Source of the DNA: an uncultured Bdellovibrionales bacterium
GTDB taxonomy: Bacteria > Patescibacteriota > Minisyncoccia > Moranbacterales > GWC2-37-73
Reading direction: 5' to 3'
Assembly (NCBI GenBank): GCA_964609855.1
Contig: CAZSTB010000003.1
Location: 4,305 to 68,304, forward strand
Length of the DNA: 64,000 nt
In this document: piece after piece, positions 1 to 9,239 of the stretch
How positions within the stretch are numbered: position 1 is the stretch's first letter
Layout of the letters: every line of letters starts with the position of its first letter
The notes under the pieces: model-generated
Database searches by the model: none
What the model saw: the letters and a program-made list of their open reading frames with translations, nothing else
What the model was told of the DNA's origin: nothing
Position numbers and translations under genes: made by a program

Positions 1-114
1 TGATAGAAATATTCACAATTGTATTTTTGTTTTTTATAAATTCTGATTCCAAATCACGGATATGCTTACATAAAAACGTAATTTAAAATCCCAAGCCGAT
101 TCGAGTTTAAATCA

Positions 115-873
115 TTAGTTCTTTTTTTCGATTTTGTATTGCCCTGTTATCATTCGCCACTTTACTTGAAAGAGCTCCTTTAAGGTTTGAATATAACCCT
201 TTATTCCAACGGTACTTTGCCCTGAATCCGTCCAAACAATTGGAACTTCAATTATGGAATATCCCATTTTTTTAGCTAGTGCCAAAATTTCAAAATCACC
301 ACCCCAGCGAACTGCTTTCATTTGGGGAATTATTTTTTCCACCACCTCCTGAGACAAAACCTTAAAACCACATTGGGTATCTCTAATACCCCGCAAATCC
401 AGCGTGTACTGAATAAGAATGTTTCCCATATCGCCCAACATCTCCTTTATCTTAGGCTGATGTTTTTCAATTTTAGCCTCTTCAACATCACGCGATCCAA
501 TTATCACATCTTCCTTTTTTTCGATATGCTCCCAGAATTTATCGAGGCTATTAATTGCGGTTGCGCCGTCGGCATCAGTGAATAATCGGAATTTTCCATT
601 AGCCTTAAGTAAACCCTCCTGAACTGAAAACAATTTTCCCTTATTTTCTTTTCTGTCTATGATAGTCAAATTCTCAACAGAAGAACGCAAGCCCTCAACA
701 ACCTCAGTCGTATTATCCTTAGAACCGTCATTAACAACAATGACCTCATACGAGATATCTTTTCCTTTGAAATATTCCCCGATTTCCTGCATATTCTCCC
801 TGATCCCCCTGCCTGTTCGGCTAGCCTCGTTATAAGCAGGCATTATTATTGACAATAAAATTTGATCACTCAT
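115..873 (-). CDS. glycosyltransferase family 2 (dolichyl-phosphate mannosyltransferase-like)
   Basis: N-terminal GT2 signature (LSIIMPAYNE ... VIVVNDGSKDNT ... TDADG) and DXD motif; full-length ORF. Confidence 0.8.
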   Translation of the reverse strand: MSDQILLSIIMPAYNEASRTGRGIRENMQEIGEYFKGKDISYEVIVVNDGSKDNTTEVVEGLRSSVENLTIIDRKENKGKLFSVQEGLLKANGKFRLFTDADGATAINSLDKFWEHIEKKEDVIIGSRDVEEAKIEKHQPKIKEMLGDMGNILIQYTLDLRGIRDTQCGFKVLSQEVVEKIIPQMKAVRWGGDFEILALAKKMGYSIIEVPIVWTDSGQSTVGIKGYIQTLKELFQVKWRMITGQYKIEKKN

Positions 874-970
874 CAGCTTAGTATAAATTAATTAAAAAAA
901 TTTAGCAGTTTTATCTTGAATTAATTATACTATATAGTCTCAATTGTTTCAACATCCCAAAAGCCACTTA

Positions 971-1729
971 TCAGATGTATTTCCTCGCAAGAACATTGTA
1001 AGTACTGTCCACTTCACGAATATAGTCTTCATTGATTTTTTCAATATATTCATGCCAGCAAAGATGCTCCCACAAGTGCAAGCTGTAAACTCCGTCCAGA
1101 TCATTATCAACATTCACGAAAATATTTTTCAAACCTTCTTCGCTCCAAATATGCTTATAGAAAGATTTTTGCGGTTCAATTTTAATGGCATCGGGGAATT
1201 CCTTGGATAATCTTAGCGGATAAAGAATACTGTGATTATTCCAGGAGCCATCGAATTCTTTAACAATATTTTTCTCCCAAATAGTTCCGAAAAGTGATTG
1301 CGCTTCAGCCATAATGATGGCATTTCCTAGCCCAGCAAAAGGATCAGAAAGATCTTCCAATCCCATCACAAAAGGTTTTTCTCGCATAGCTTGCGGAATT
1401 TTTTCCACAAAAATAGTGTCTATATCAGCATAAATACCGCCTTGGCAATTTAACATTTCCAATCTGATAAAATCCGACTGATGCGCATACCCCAACTTTT
1501 TGCCGTTAATAACTTTTTGGGGACTTACTTTTACAAGGCAAAGATGCTCGCGTATTTTTTCCCAATATTTTCCATACGGCTCCTGCTCATAATAGAAATA
1601 TATCTTATCCGGCTTATTAACTTCCATACATGACCTTAGACAAATGTAGTGCACCAGATGTAATTTTTGAGGGGTCGGCTTAAACCCGAAGATAAAATGG
1701 AAAGTATTTGGAATCATACTTATGAACAA
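971..1729 (-). CDS. glycosyltransferase with DXD sugar-binding region (GT32/OCH1-like)
   Basis: motif GGIYADIDTIF, typical of the Gly_transf_sug DXD region; sits in a glycosyltransferase cluster. Confidence 0.55.
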   Translation of the reverse strand: MFISMIPNTFHFIFGFKPTPQKLHLVHYICLRSCMEVNKPDKIYFYYEQEPYGKYWEKIREHLCLVKVSPQKVINGKKLGYAHQSDFIRLEMLNCQGGIYADIDTIFVEKIPQAMREKPFVMGLEDLSDPFAGLGNAIIMAEAQSLFGTIWEKNIVKEFDGSWNNHSILYPLRLSKEFPDAIKIEPQKSFYKHIWSEEGLKNIFVNVDNDLDGVYSLHLWEHLCWHEYIEKINEDYIREVDSTYNVLARKYI

Positions 1730-1747
1730 AATAATATTTAATACGAA

Positions 1748-2749
1748 TCATATCTTCGTAGTCTCCGCAATCGACCAATTCGGAACACTGTTTTCTTTAA
1801 GAAATCTCTCTGCAGCTTTTCTATTCTTCTCGTGTAAAAACATATATATGCAAAATAACATTCTTTTTAAAAGCGAATTAATTTTCGTATTTGTTCGGGA
1901 TTCTTTATTGAAGGCATACTTCCAGGAAAAATACTGCTGCAAAAAAATCCTTTCGGATCCAAAATAATTGAAAGCGCGCTCAATTCCCGCATGAATCCTG
2001 ATCTGTTGTTTTTTCCATTCCTGAAATGAAAGTGGAACTTTTATATACGAAATGGAATTAGGTGGTTTTATGATGGCCGGCGTTCCATTATTCAAATACT
2101 CAGCTTTCCCATTAACTACATAATAATTACTTAAAAAAGCATCATCCGTTATTCCGATTTCGTCGTCCGGCAACGTCGGCAGATATTTTAAATATGTCCC
2201 GAAACTTGGACCCTCGCAAAACTTCGGCCGTTCAGCTTCCAGTAAATATGGCTGCACGATTATACTATGAAAAATCCATTTCCTGATCGCCTCTAAAGAT
2301 GGATACCGTTGCCAGAAAAATCCCAACGGATATTTGATTGCAATAAAAGCGGATCCCACCAATACCGGTAAACCCACTTCTTGCTCATGCCTCATCAATT
2401 CTCCCAGATTAACAAGTAAAGATTTTTCACTGAGATACACGTCATCATCAAAAAAATGAACGATTTCTATATCGTCCATTTTTCTCGCAAGTTCAATAAT
2501 CTTGTTCATTGCGTTATTTTTTCCAGCTTTTTCCCCTGAAATAACATGCCCATCCAAATTCGCATGAGCAGCAAAAAATTTGTTTACTTCGCTTCGCGTT
2601 TCAAGATTTTCGTCATTTCCATTTATACAAACAGCGAGACTAGCGTTAAATTCGCCAGGAAGCAGCATAATCTCCGCATAGATTCTTTCTAAAGAAGCAC
2701 GGATATAGTTTGAACTTCTTATTGTTGAAATTCCAATCAGTATGTGCAT
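1748..2749 (-). CDS. putative glycosyltransferase (GT2-like, FFDDD motif)
   Basis: DDD motif and Rossmann-like N-terminus; the context is a GT cluster; weak assignment. Confidence 0.4.
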   Translation of the reverse strand: MHILIGISTIRSSNYIRASLERIYAEIMLLPGEFNASLAVCINGNDENLETRSEVNKFFAAHANLDGHVISGEKAGKNNAMNKIIELARKMDDIEIVHFFDDDVYLSEKSLLVNLGELMRHEQEVGLPVLVGSAFIAIKYPLGFFWQRYPSLEAIRKWIFHSIIVQPYLLEAERPKFCEGPSFGTYLKYLPTLPDDEIGITDDAFLSNYYVVNGKAEYLNNGTPAIIKPPNSISYIKVPLSFQEWKKQQIRIHAGIERAFNYFGSERIFLQQYFSWKYAFNKESRTNTKINSLLKRMLFCIYMFLHEKNRKAAERFLKENSVPNWSIAETTKI

Positions 2750-2792
2750 ATTTCAAAAAAATCAATGCCGAACACTTCAAACATCCGACATC

Positions 2793-3584
2793 TTATTGAT
2801 TATATTTTCCAGTTATCAAGCGAATTTTTACCCGTAACAAATCAATGAAAGCTTGAAAAAATCCATTAGGACCAATTAGCGTAACAGTGGAATCATCCTC
2901 ATTGAGCCAGCGCACCGGCACTTGCTTAACTTTATAGCCGAATAAACCTGACAACGCGAGCAGCTCGAAATCAAATCCAAAACGTTCCACTACCATTTTT
3001 TCGGCTATTTTATGCGCAGCCTCATTGGTAAGCACTTTAAATCCGCATTGCGTATCTGGGAATCTCCAGAGTCCTAAAATAATTCTAATCAGCCAGTTTG
3101 CTATTTCGCCCATAAACTGACGGTACCTAGATTGTCTGATTTGAATGAAAGCGCCCTCGATTTTACGCGAACCCACAACCACGTCGTAGCCGTTTTCAAA
3201 TTCTGGCAGAAACTTTTCCAGATGCGTAATTGAAGTTGAACCGTCAGCATCTAAAAATAGAACATACTTTCCTTTAGCCTCAAGGAATCCCTGACGAACA
3301 ACATAACCTTTTCCGCGATTTTCAGGATTTTCAATCACTCGCATATTCTTCAATTGACTCATGTAATTTCTGGCAATTTCAGCCGTGTTGTCTGGTGAAC
3401 CATCCGTAATCAGAATGATTTCATATGAGTAATCCTTGCCGCTTAAGAATTTCTTAATGTCCAACAAATTGTTCCCAATGAATTCATGCTCCCTATATGT
3501 TGGTATTATTATCGAAAGATATAATGCTTTTTCCATGATTTTAGACTTATAGTTTATCGATTGCTCCCCAATTAAGTATAGCAT
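2793..3584 (-). CDS. glycosyltransferase family 2 (DPM1-like), paralog of 115-873
   Basis: LSIIIPTYRE ... ILITDGSPDNT ... LDADG motifs. Confidence 0.8.
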   Translation of the reverse strand: MLYLIGEQSINYKSKIMEKALYLSIIIPTYREHEFIGNNLLDIKKFLSGKDYSYEIILITDGSPDNTAEIARNYMSQLKNMRVIENPENRGKGYVVRQGFLEAKGKYVLFLDADGSTSITHLEKFLPEFENGYDVVVGSRKIEGAFIQIRQSRYRQFMGEIANWLIRIILGLWRFPDTQCGFKVLTNEAAHKIAEKMVVERFGFDFELLALSGLFGYKVKQVPVRWLNEDDSTVTLIGPNGFFQAFIDLLRVKIRLITGKYNQ

Positions 3585-3623
3585 GCCTAAATAAAAACAA
3601 CATGAATAGTTCGGAAACTAGGC

Positions 3624-4061
3624 TTAACGATTACTTTGATTGTCTAACCATTCCTGTAAAATTATTCTGGCCGCTTCTTGGTCATCAGTTGCTGCGAGTT
3701 TCTTTTTCCCGTGCAATTTTATATTTCCCTGCGCAATTTTTGTCGAAAACATTTCTTCCTGAAAAGCAACTTTAATTTCAAAAGCGTCTTCAAGCAATTT
3801 AGCAAAAGCAAGTTTCTCCTCCGCGCTCTTTTCGTCTTTTTCATGACTAGTCATGCCCATCACGATCATTTGCACATTTTTATCTTTAATGATTTCAGCC
3901 AGATTATGCATTAAATTCTTGTCATTTGCTAGCACTGTCAGCGCAAAGGCCATTTTAGTCTCCTGGTCAGCCACTGCTAGACCGATTTTGGAGCTGCCAA
4001 AATCTACCCCTAAAATATGGCTTATTTGAGCGTTATTTTGCATAGCTATTGACATTGACAT
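3624..4061 (-). CDS. ruvX: putative pre-16S rRNA nuclease / Holliday junction resolvase-like YqgF
   Basis: ILGVDFGSSKIGLAVAD N-terminal RNase H-like motif; size ~140 aa. Confidence 0.65.
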   Translation of the reverse strand: MSMSIAMQNNAQISHILGVDFGSSKIGLAVADQETKMAFALTVLANDKNLMHNLAEIIKDKNVQMIVMGMTSHEKDEKSAEEKLAFAKLLEDAFEIKVAFQEEMFSTKIAQGNIKLHGKKKLAATDDQEAARIILQEWLDNQSNR

Positions 4062-4122
4062 AATTATGTGCTATTATTAATTGAAGTAGTACAATCCACT
4101 AGTAGTGAAAGGGGTTATAAAT

Positions 4123-4503
4123 ATGAACCGTTTCATGGCTCTGGCTGTTGTAGCTGCTGTGCTCTGCTCGTTAACTATTGCTTGTATCTTCAAGTTCAGT
4201 ATTAGACTCAGCGATAAACGCACGAGTTGCAATACTGAAACATCACTGCTAAACCAGGATTCCGTTGCCGTGTTTCGAAATGTTCGGGGCACAGTAATCG
4301 ACAAGGACAACCTCCTGCTCACGGACCTCGGCCAACAAGATGACCGCGATCCGCAGGTCATTGTCGTAAGTAACCTTTCAGACTTTACTAAACAAGTCGA
4401 TAACCCACAGGGCATCGATCTGCACGCTAAGTTGGAAGGTAACGAGTGGCGCATCATTGAAGTCAAACAGGCCACTTACATTGCGATTGCGAAAAGCATT
4501 TAA
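4123..4503 (+). CDS. small hypothetical protein with N-terminal signal peptide or TM anchor; GC-rich cassette
   Basis: ATG at 4123 preceded by SD GAAAGGGG (4107-4114); hydrophobic N-terminus MNRFMALAVVAAVLCSLTIAC; followed by strong intrinsic terminator; opposite strand to all neighbours; G+C visibly higher than flanks. Confidence 0.5.
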   Translation: MNRFMALAVVAAVLCSLTIACIFKFSIRLSDKRTSCNTETSLLNQDSVAVFRNVRGTVIDKDNLLLTDLGQQDDRDPQVIVVSNLSDFTKQVDNPQGIDLHAKLEGNEWRIIEVKQATYIAIAKSI

Positions 4504-4526
4504 ACGCGATTCGCGATCAACATCCA

Positions 4527-4582
4527 CCTCTGATACACGACTTAATCCTAACGGGTTGATAGTGTATCAGAGGTTTTTTTAT
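4527..4582 (+). terminator. rho-independent terminator (12-bp stem CCTCTGATACAC / GTGTATCAGAGG, then T7)
   Basis: perfect inverted repeat 4527-4538 / 4563-4574 followed by TTTTTTT 4575-4581. Confidence 0.8.
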
Positions 4583-4725
4583 TTAAAAAAACCTTTTCTA
4601 TTGTCACTTATGATGCAACGAGGAATTCGCAACATCATAGCCCATGATATTTAATTAGGGATTCGTCGCTATACACTGAATGATTTTTACATCTCGTATT
4701 CATACAAAATACGCTATACAGAATA

Positions 4726-5487
4726 CTAAGCAGTCAAAACTTCCACTCCATCATTGGTAATCAAAATCGTATTTTCATAATGAGCTGAAAGCTTCCGGTC
4801 AGCAGTTAAAAAAACCCAGCCATCCCTGCCGATAACGGTTTCGTGCGTGCCGACATTCACCATCGGCTCCAGTGCTAGGGTCATACCAGATTTAAGCACT
4901 AGGTCGCGATAGCCGCGTTCAAAATAATTTGGAACTTGCGGATCTTCATGCAGATTTTTTCCAATACCATGCCCCACCAGATTTTTCACAACTGAAAAGC
5001 CCGCAGTAACTGCAACTTTTTCACAGGCTTTGGAATATTCACTGAGATTTTTTCCGTCCTTAAGTTGCTTCACCCCTTTCCAAAAAGATTGCTCTGTTGC
5101 TGCAATTAATTGCTTGGCTTGCTCGGAAATTTCTCCCACCGCAAAGGTACGAGCCATATCAGCGCAAAAACCCTCCATCTTTAAACCGATATCGATCTTC
5201 AAAATATCACCCTCTTTCAAAATTACCTCGCTGCTTGGAATACCATGTACCACTTCATCATTAAGAGAAGCGCAGATGGTCGCCGGAAAAGGATTATGCC
5301 TGTCACCATACCCTTTGAATGCTGGAACGCCGCCAGCAGCTAAAATTGAATCCTCAGCGAGCCTATCAATCTCTTGGGTGCTTACGCCAGGTTTAACAAC
5401 CTCAGCCAGCTTTCGCATAACCTCAGCCAACGCTTTTCCAGCCTTGCGCATAATGGCAACCTCTTGTTCAGTTTTCAGATGAATAGA
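4726..5487 (-). CDS. map: methionine aminopeptidase type I
   Basis: pita-bread fold motifs (GHGIG, metal-binding D/H/E pattern); follows adk as in the spc/alpha operon; the ORF extends to 5514 but the likely start is MSIHLK. Confidence 0.85.
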   Translation of the reverse strand, partial: SIHLKTEQEVAIMRKAGKALAEVMRKLAEVVKPGVSTQEIDRLAEDSILAAGGVPAFKGYGDRHNPFPATICASLNDEVVHGIPSSEVILKEGDILKIDIGLKMEGFCADMARTFAVGEISEQAKQLIAATEQSFWKGVKQLKDGKNLSEYSKACEKVAVTAGFSVVKNLVGHGIGKNLHEDPQVPNYFERGYRDLVLKSGMTLALEPMVNVGTHETVIGRDGWVFLTADRKLSAHYENTILITNDGVEVLTA

Positions 5488-5639
5488 CATGATATTCAAA
5501 AATCCTAAATCCAAATTTCAAATTTCAAATAAATGACCGAAGTTCAAATGTCTAAAATTTAAGATTTTTGATTTGAGATTTTATTTGTCATTTAGATTTT
5601 AGATTTTTACATTACGACAAATAATAGGATTGCAAATTT

Positions 5640-6290
5640 CTAGTTTTCTCTGAACTTTTCATTTATTTCATTAAAAACGTCTGCAACGGGTTGGTTTCCA
5701 TCCACTTCAATCAGCATTCCTTGCTCGCGATAATATGCTACAACGGGAACTGTAATTGCATAAAAATCTTTGAGACGTTTTGCAACGCCGTCGGGTGTAT
5801 CATCTCCGCGCTGCATAATCGGGCCACCGCAAGTAGGACAAGGGTCGTCGATATTTTTAATATGCTTATCAAGCACGAAATGGCGATAGCAAACAGTGCA
5901 AGCATAGCGTTTCGTAATTCGCGCAATGGATTCCTCGTACGGCAAAGTTATATATATAGCCTTATCTATATTTCTCCCAAGACTCTCCATCAACTTTGTG
6001 GTTGGTTGAATTTGTCCGAGTGTTCGCGGAGCACTATCCAAAATGACACCCATCTCAGCCGGAACTTTCTCCAAATAATTTCTTAAGACTTCAACTGTAA
6101 TCTCATCTGGAATAAGCTCTTTGCGGTCATTCAAATCTTTGATTTTTCTTCCAAGCTCGGAATCCTCGCGACCGATTTCTCGAAAAATTTGACCTGTTTC
6201 AAGATGATAAAGTTTAAATTTCTCGCATAACTTATCGGCCTGTGTTCCCTTGCCGCTTCCCTGTGGACCAAATATTAATAGGTTCATCAA
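5640..6290 (-). CDS. adk: adenylate kinase with Zn-binding lid (CxxC...CxxC)
   Basis: P-loop GPQGSGKGTQ; LID with CTVC...CPTC; position after secY. Confidence 0.85.
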   Translation of the reverse strand: MMNLLIFGPQGSGKGTQADKLCEKFKLYHLETGQIFREIGREDSELGRKIKDLNDRKELIPDEITVEVLRNYLEKVPAEMGVILDSAPRTLGQIQPTTKLMESLGRNIDKAIYITLPYEESIARITKRYACTVCYRHFVLDKHIKNIDDPCPTCGGPIMQRGDDTPDGVAKRLKDFYAITVPVVAYYREQGMLIEVDGNQPVADVFNEINEKFREN

Positions 6291-6413
6291 TTAATTTGAA
6301 ATTTGAAATTTGAAATTTGAAATCAATCCAAAACGATTAAATTAAAAATTTATCAAATAAAAAATTAAATAAAAATTAAAAATTTTAAAATAAAAATTCT
6401 CGCGCAGCGAGGT

Positions 6414-7706
6414 TTAGAATCCCTCGTAATCGCGCATCACTAACTGACTTTCAATCTGCTTGATTGTTTCGATTACCACCGAAACAACGATAAGAATACT
6501 AGTTCCACCGATTTGTAAGGATTGAACATTAGTAATACCTTGGATTATATATGGAAGAACTGCGATACTTCCTAAGAAAAGTGCGCCCGTCAGAGTGATA
6601 CGATTCATGATGTTATACAGATAATCAGCGGTTGTATTTCCAGGTCTAATTCCTGGAATGTATCCTCCTTGTTTTTGCAGATTTTCAGAAATCTTAACTG
6701 GGTCAAAAACAACGGCAGTGTAAAAATAAGTGAAAGCCACAATCAACACGAAATAAGCACTGGAATAAAAGACTTGATTTTGAAACAAAGCATTTACCCA
6801 AGTTGCAGCACTGGCAATCCATGGAGTGCTCGCTCCCATTAAGAAAGTCGCGATCATTCCTGGGAAAAGCATAATAGACATCGCAAAGATAATCGGGATT
6901 ACCCCGGCTTGATTCACGCGCAATGGCAAATGTGAAGAAACTCCCCCATAAGTCTTATCGCCGCGGATACGTTTTGCATATGAAACAGGAATATTTCTTT
7001 GGCCCTCGGTGACAAGTACAACTCCCGCAATTGTTATGAAAGTAACGATCAAAAGTGCGAAGTAAGTGAAGAACTGAGTCGAGTCGAAAGTAAGGAAAAT
7101 TTTAGAGATAGATGAAGGCAAACCGCTGACAATACCTGCAAAGATAATCAGGGAAACTCCATTACCAATTCCTTTTTCAGTAATGAGTTCACCCAACCAC
7201 ATCAAAAATATTGTTCCAGCCGTTGCGATAATCACCAACACCGTCATGTCAAAAGCTGAAACAACTGGCAGCACGCCTTGAGAACGAAGCAATGTCACCA
7301 TTGAAAAAGTTTGAAGCGCAGCCAATGGCACAGTTAGCCACCTGGTCCACATATTGAATTTCTGACGCCCAGCCTCACCTTCTTCCTTATAGATCTGTTC
7401 AACACGTGGAACAATCATAGTTAAAAGCTGCATAATAATTGATGCAGTAATGTAAGGCCCAACGCCTAACATGACTATGGAAATGTTTGTGAGTCCTCCT
7501 CCAGAAAACACATTAAGCATGCCCAAAAATTGGTTACCCTCAAAAAGTCTTCTAAGTTGTTCCATATCCACTCCAGGAAGAGGGATGTTTGCAGCAACCC
7601 GAAAAACAATAAGAATCCCCAAAATAAAGAGGATCTTATTGCGAAGTTCAGGCAATTTGAATATTTGTGTGATTTTTTCTAACATGATTTTTAGCTTATT
7701 AGGCAT
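6414..7706 (-). CDS. secY: preprotein translocase subunit SecY
   Basis: 10-TM SecY-like sequence; follows rplO. Confidence 0.9.
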   Translation of the reverse strand: MPNKLKIMLEKITQIFKLPELRNKILFILGILIVFRVAANIPLPGVDMEQLRRLFEGNQFLGMLNVFSGGGLTNISIVMLGVGPYITASIIMQLLTMIVPRVEQIYKEEGEAGRQKFNMWTRWLTVPLAALQTFSMVTLLRSQGVLPVVSAFDMTVLVIIATAGTIFLMWLGELITEKGIGNGVSLIIFAGIVSGLPSSISKIFLTFDSTQFFTYFALLIVTFITIAGVVLVTEGQRNIPVSYAKRIRGDKTYGGVSSHLPLRVNQAGVIPIIFAMSIMLFPGMIATFLMGASTPWIASAATWVNALFQNQVFYSSAYFVLIVAFTYFYTAVVFDPVKISENLQKQGGYIPGIRPGNTTADYLYNIMNRITLTGALFLGSIAVLPYIIQGITNVQSLQIGGTSILIVVSVVIETIKQIESQLVMRDYEGF

Positions 7707-7793
7707 TAGCTTATTAACTTTTTAGCTTCATTACTAATAGCGTTAATAGCTCTGATATTTACCTAAAAAGCTAAAAAGCTAAAAGCCCGAAAG

Positions 7794-8231
7794 CTATTCC
7801 AAGATAGTACCACCTGCTTTGGTGATAGCAGCTTTTGCAGTTTCTGAAAGAAGAATTTCTGCTGAAATTGTAAGTTTTTTGGTAAGCTCTCCGTTTGTCA
7901 AAATTTTCACGCCGTCTTTTGAACGAGATTTATCAACAAGCTTAGTTGCGATCAAAGCTTCCAAAGAAACAACATCGCCATCCTTGAAGAATTTTTCCAA
8001 ATTTTCCAATTTAACAACAGTTTTTTTAGCGTTAAGTGATTTGAAACCACGAACTTTCTTCAAACGTTCCACGAGTGAAGATCGTCCACCCTCAAACAAT
8101 GGATCAATAGATGCTCCAGAGCGAGCTTTCTGACCCTTGTTTCCACGTCCAGAATAAGTTCCGCGTTTTCCACCGCGACCAACTGTCTTCTTGTCTTTAC
8201 GTTTTTTAACCGTAAGCTGATGAATTTGCAT
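7794..8231 (-). CDS. rplO: 50S ribosomal protein L15
   Basis: GRGGKRGTYSGRGNKGQKARSG motif; operon position. Confidence 0.85.
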   Translation of the reverse strand: MQIHQLTVKKRKDKKTVGRGGKRGTYSGRGNKGQKARSGASIDPLFEGGRSSLVERLKKVRGFKSLNAKKTVVKLENLEKFFKDGDVVSLEALIATKLVDKSRSKDGVKILTNGELTKKLTISAEILLSETAKAAITKAGGTILE

Positions 8232-8253
8232 ATATTTATCGTAAGTCTTAGAC

Positions 8254-8778
8254 TTATTTTACTTCTTTAATTTCTTCTTTAACTTCAGCATCCTGGAAAG
8301 CTTTGATACGTGGCGCTTTCAATGCTCTAAGAGCTTCGATTGTAGCACGAGCAACGTTTAGCTTGTTTGATGTACCCAAAGATTTTGAAACAATGTCGCG
8401 AATTCCAGCCAAATCAACCACTGCGCGTACAGCTCCTCCAGCAATAACTCCACGTCCTTGTGAAGCTGGCTTTAGCAAGATCTTTGCGCTACCCAATTTC
8501 ATGTCAATATCATGAGGAATAGTATTCCCAGACAATTTAACTGTAATCATGTTTTTCTTGGCATCATTGTAAGCCTTGCCAATAGCGTCAGAAACATCAG
8601 ATCCTTTTGCAACACCAACACCAACTTTACCCTTCCTATCTCCAATAACCAATGTTGCGCGAAAGCGGAATCTACGTCCTCCCTTTACCACACGAGTAAC
8701 GCGAGCCAAATCCAAAAGTTTTTGTTCAAACTCCGGTTTTTCTCTACGTACGTTTTTTTTGCCTGATCTCTTATTCAT
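8254..8778 (-). CDS. rpsE: 30S ribosomal protein S5
   Basis: S5 dsRBD and C-terminal domain (VVKGGRRFRF ... GRGVIAGG). Confidence 0.9.
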   Translation of the reverse strand: MNKRSGKKNVRREKPEFEQKLLDLARVTRVVKGGRRFRFRATLVIGDRKGKVGVGVAKGSDVSDAIGKAYNDAKKNMITVKLSGNTIPHDIDMKLGSAKILLKPASQGRGVIAGGAVRAVVDLAGIRDIVSKSLGTSNKLNVARATIEALRALKAPRIKAFQDAEVKEEIKEVK

Positions 8779-8808
8779 AAGATAATATTGTATTTATAAT
8801 TCAAAACA

Positions 8809-9159
8809 TTAAAACAAAAGTCCACCCTCTCTTGCGCCATCAGCCAAGGCTTTAACCTTTCCATGATAACGATATCCAGCGCGATCATAAGTCACAGATC
8901 CGATTTGCAAAGCAACACACTTTTTTGCAATCAGTTTTCCAACTTCTTTAGCGCCTTCGATGGTGTTAGCCATTTTCTTAATCTCGCTAAGCTTTACGCT
9001 TGCAAGTGTCTTTCCAGCGTTATCATCGATAACTTGCACATAAATGCTTTTCAAGCTCTTATATACAGCCAAACGAGGACGTTCCGCGCTTCCGGAAATC
9101 TTTGCGCGAACTCTGCGCTTTCGCTGAATTCTTCCACTATTGTTACTTGTTTTTTTCAT
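8809..9159 (-). CDS. rplR: 50S ribosomal protein L18
   Basis: RKRRVRAKI ... RLAVYKS ... YDRAGYRYHGKVKALADGAREGGL. Confidence 0.85.
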   Translation of the reverse strand: MKKTSNNSGRIQRKRRVRAKISGSAERPRLAVYKSLKSIYVQVIDDNAGKTLASVKLSEIKKMANTIEGAKEVGKLIAKKCVALQIGSVTYDRAGYRYHGKVKALADGAREGGLLF

Positions 9160-9239
9160 ATAATAACTTGCGAATTACAACTTACAACTGACTAACACTC
9201 AATTTTATTTGTGGTTAGTAGTTAGCAGTTAGTTCTTAT

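Noticed and set aside
4077-4475. 132-aa minus-strand ORF antisense to the 4123-4503 gene (S/R/C-rich translation)
   Set aside because: Typical antisense shadow ORF of a GC-richer gene: low-complexity composition, no SD, and it overlaps a better-supported gene with an SD and terminator.
5030-5482. 150-aa plus-strand ORF inside map; similar antisense ORFs inside adk, secY, tuf, fusA, nrdD, ftsZ and ftsA (e.g. 18395-18700, 18657-18974, 54598-55002)
   Set aside because: They overlap strongly conserved housekeeping genes on the opposite strand and have no motifs, so they are spurious.
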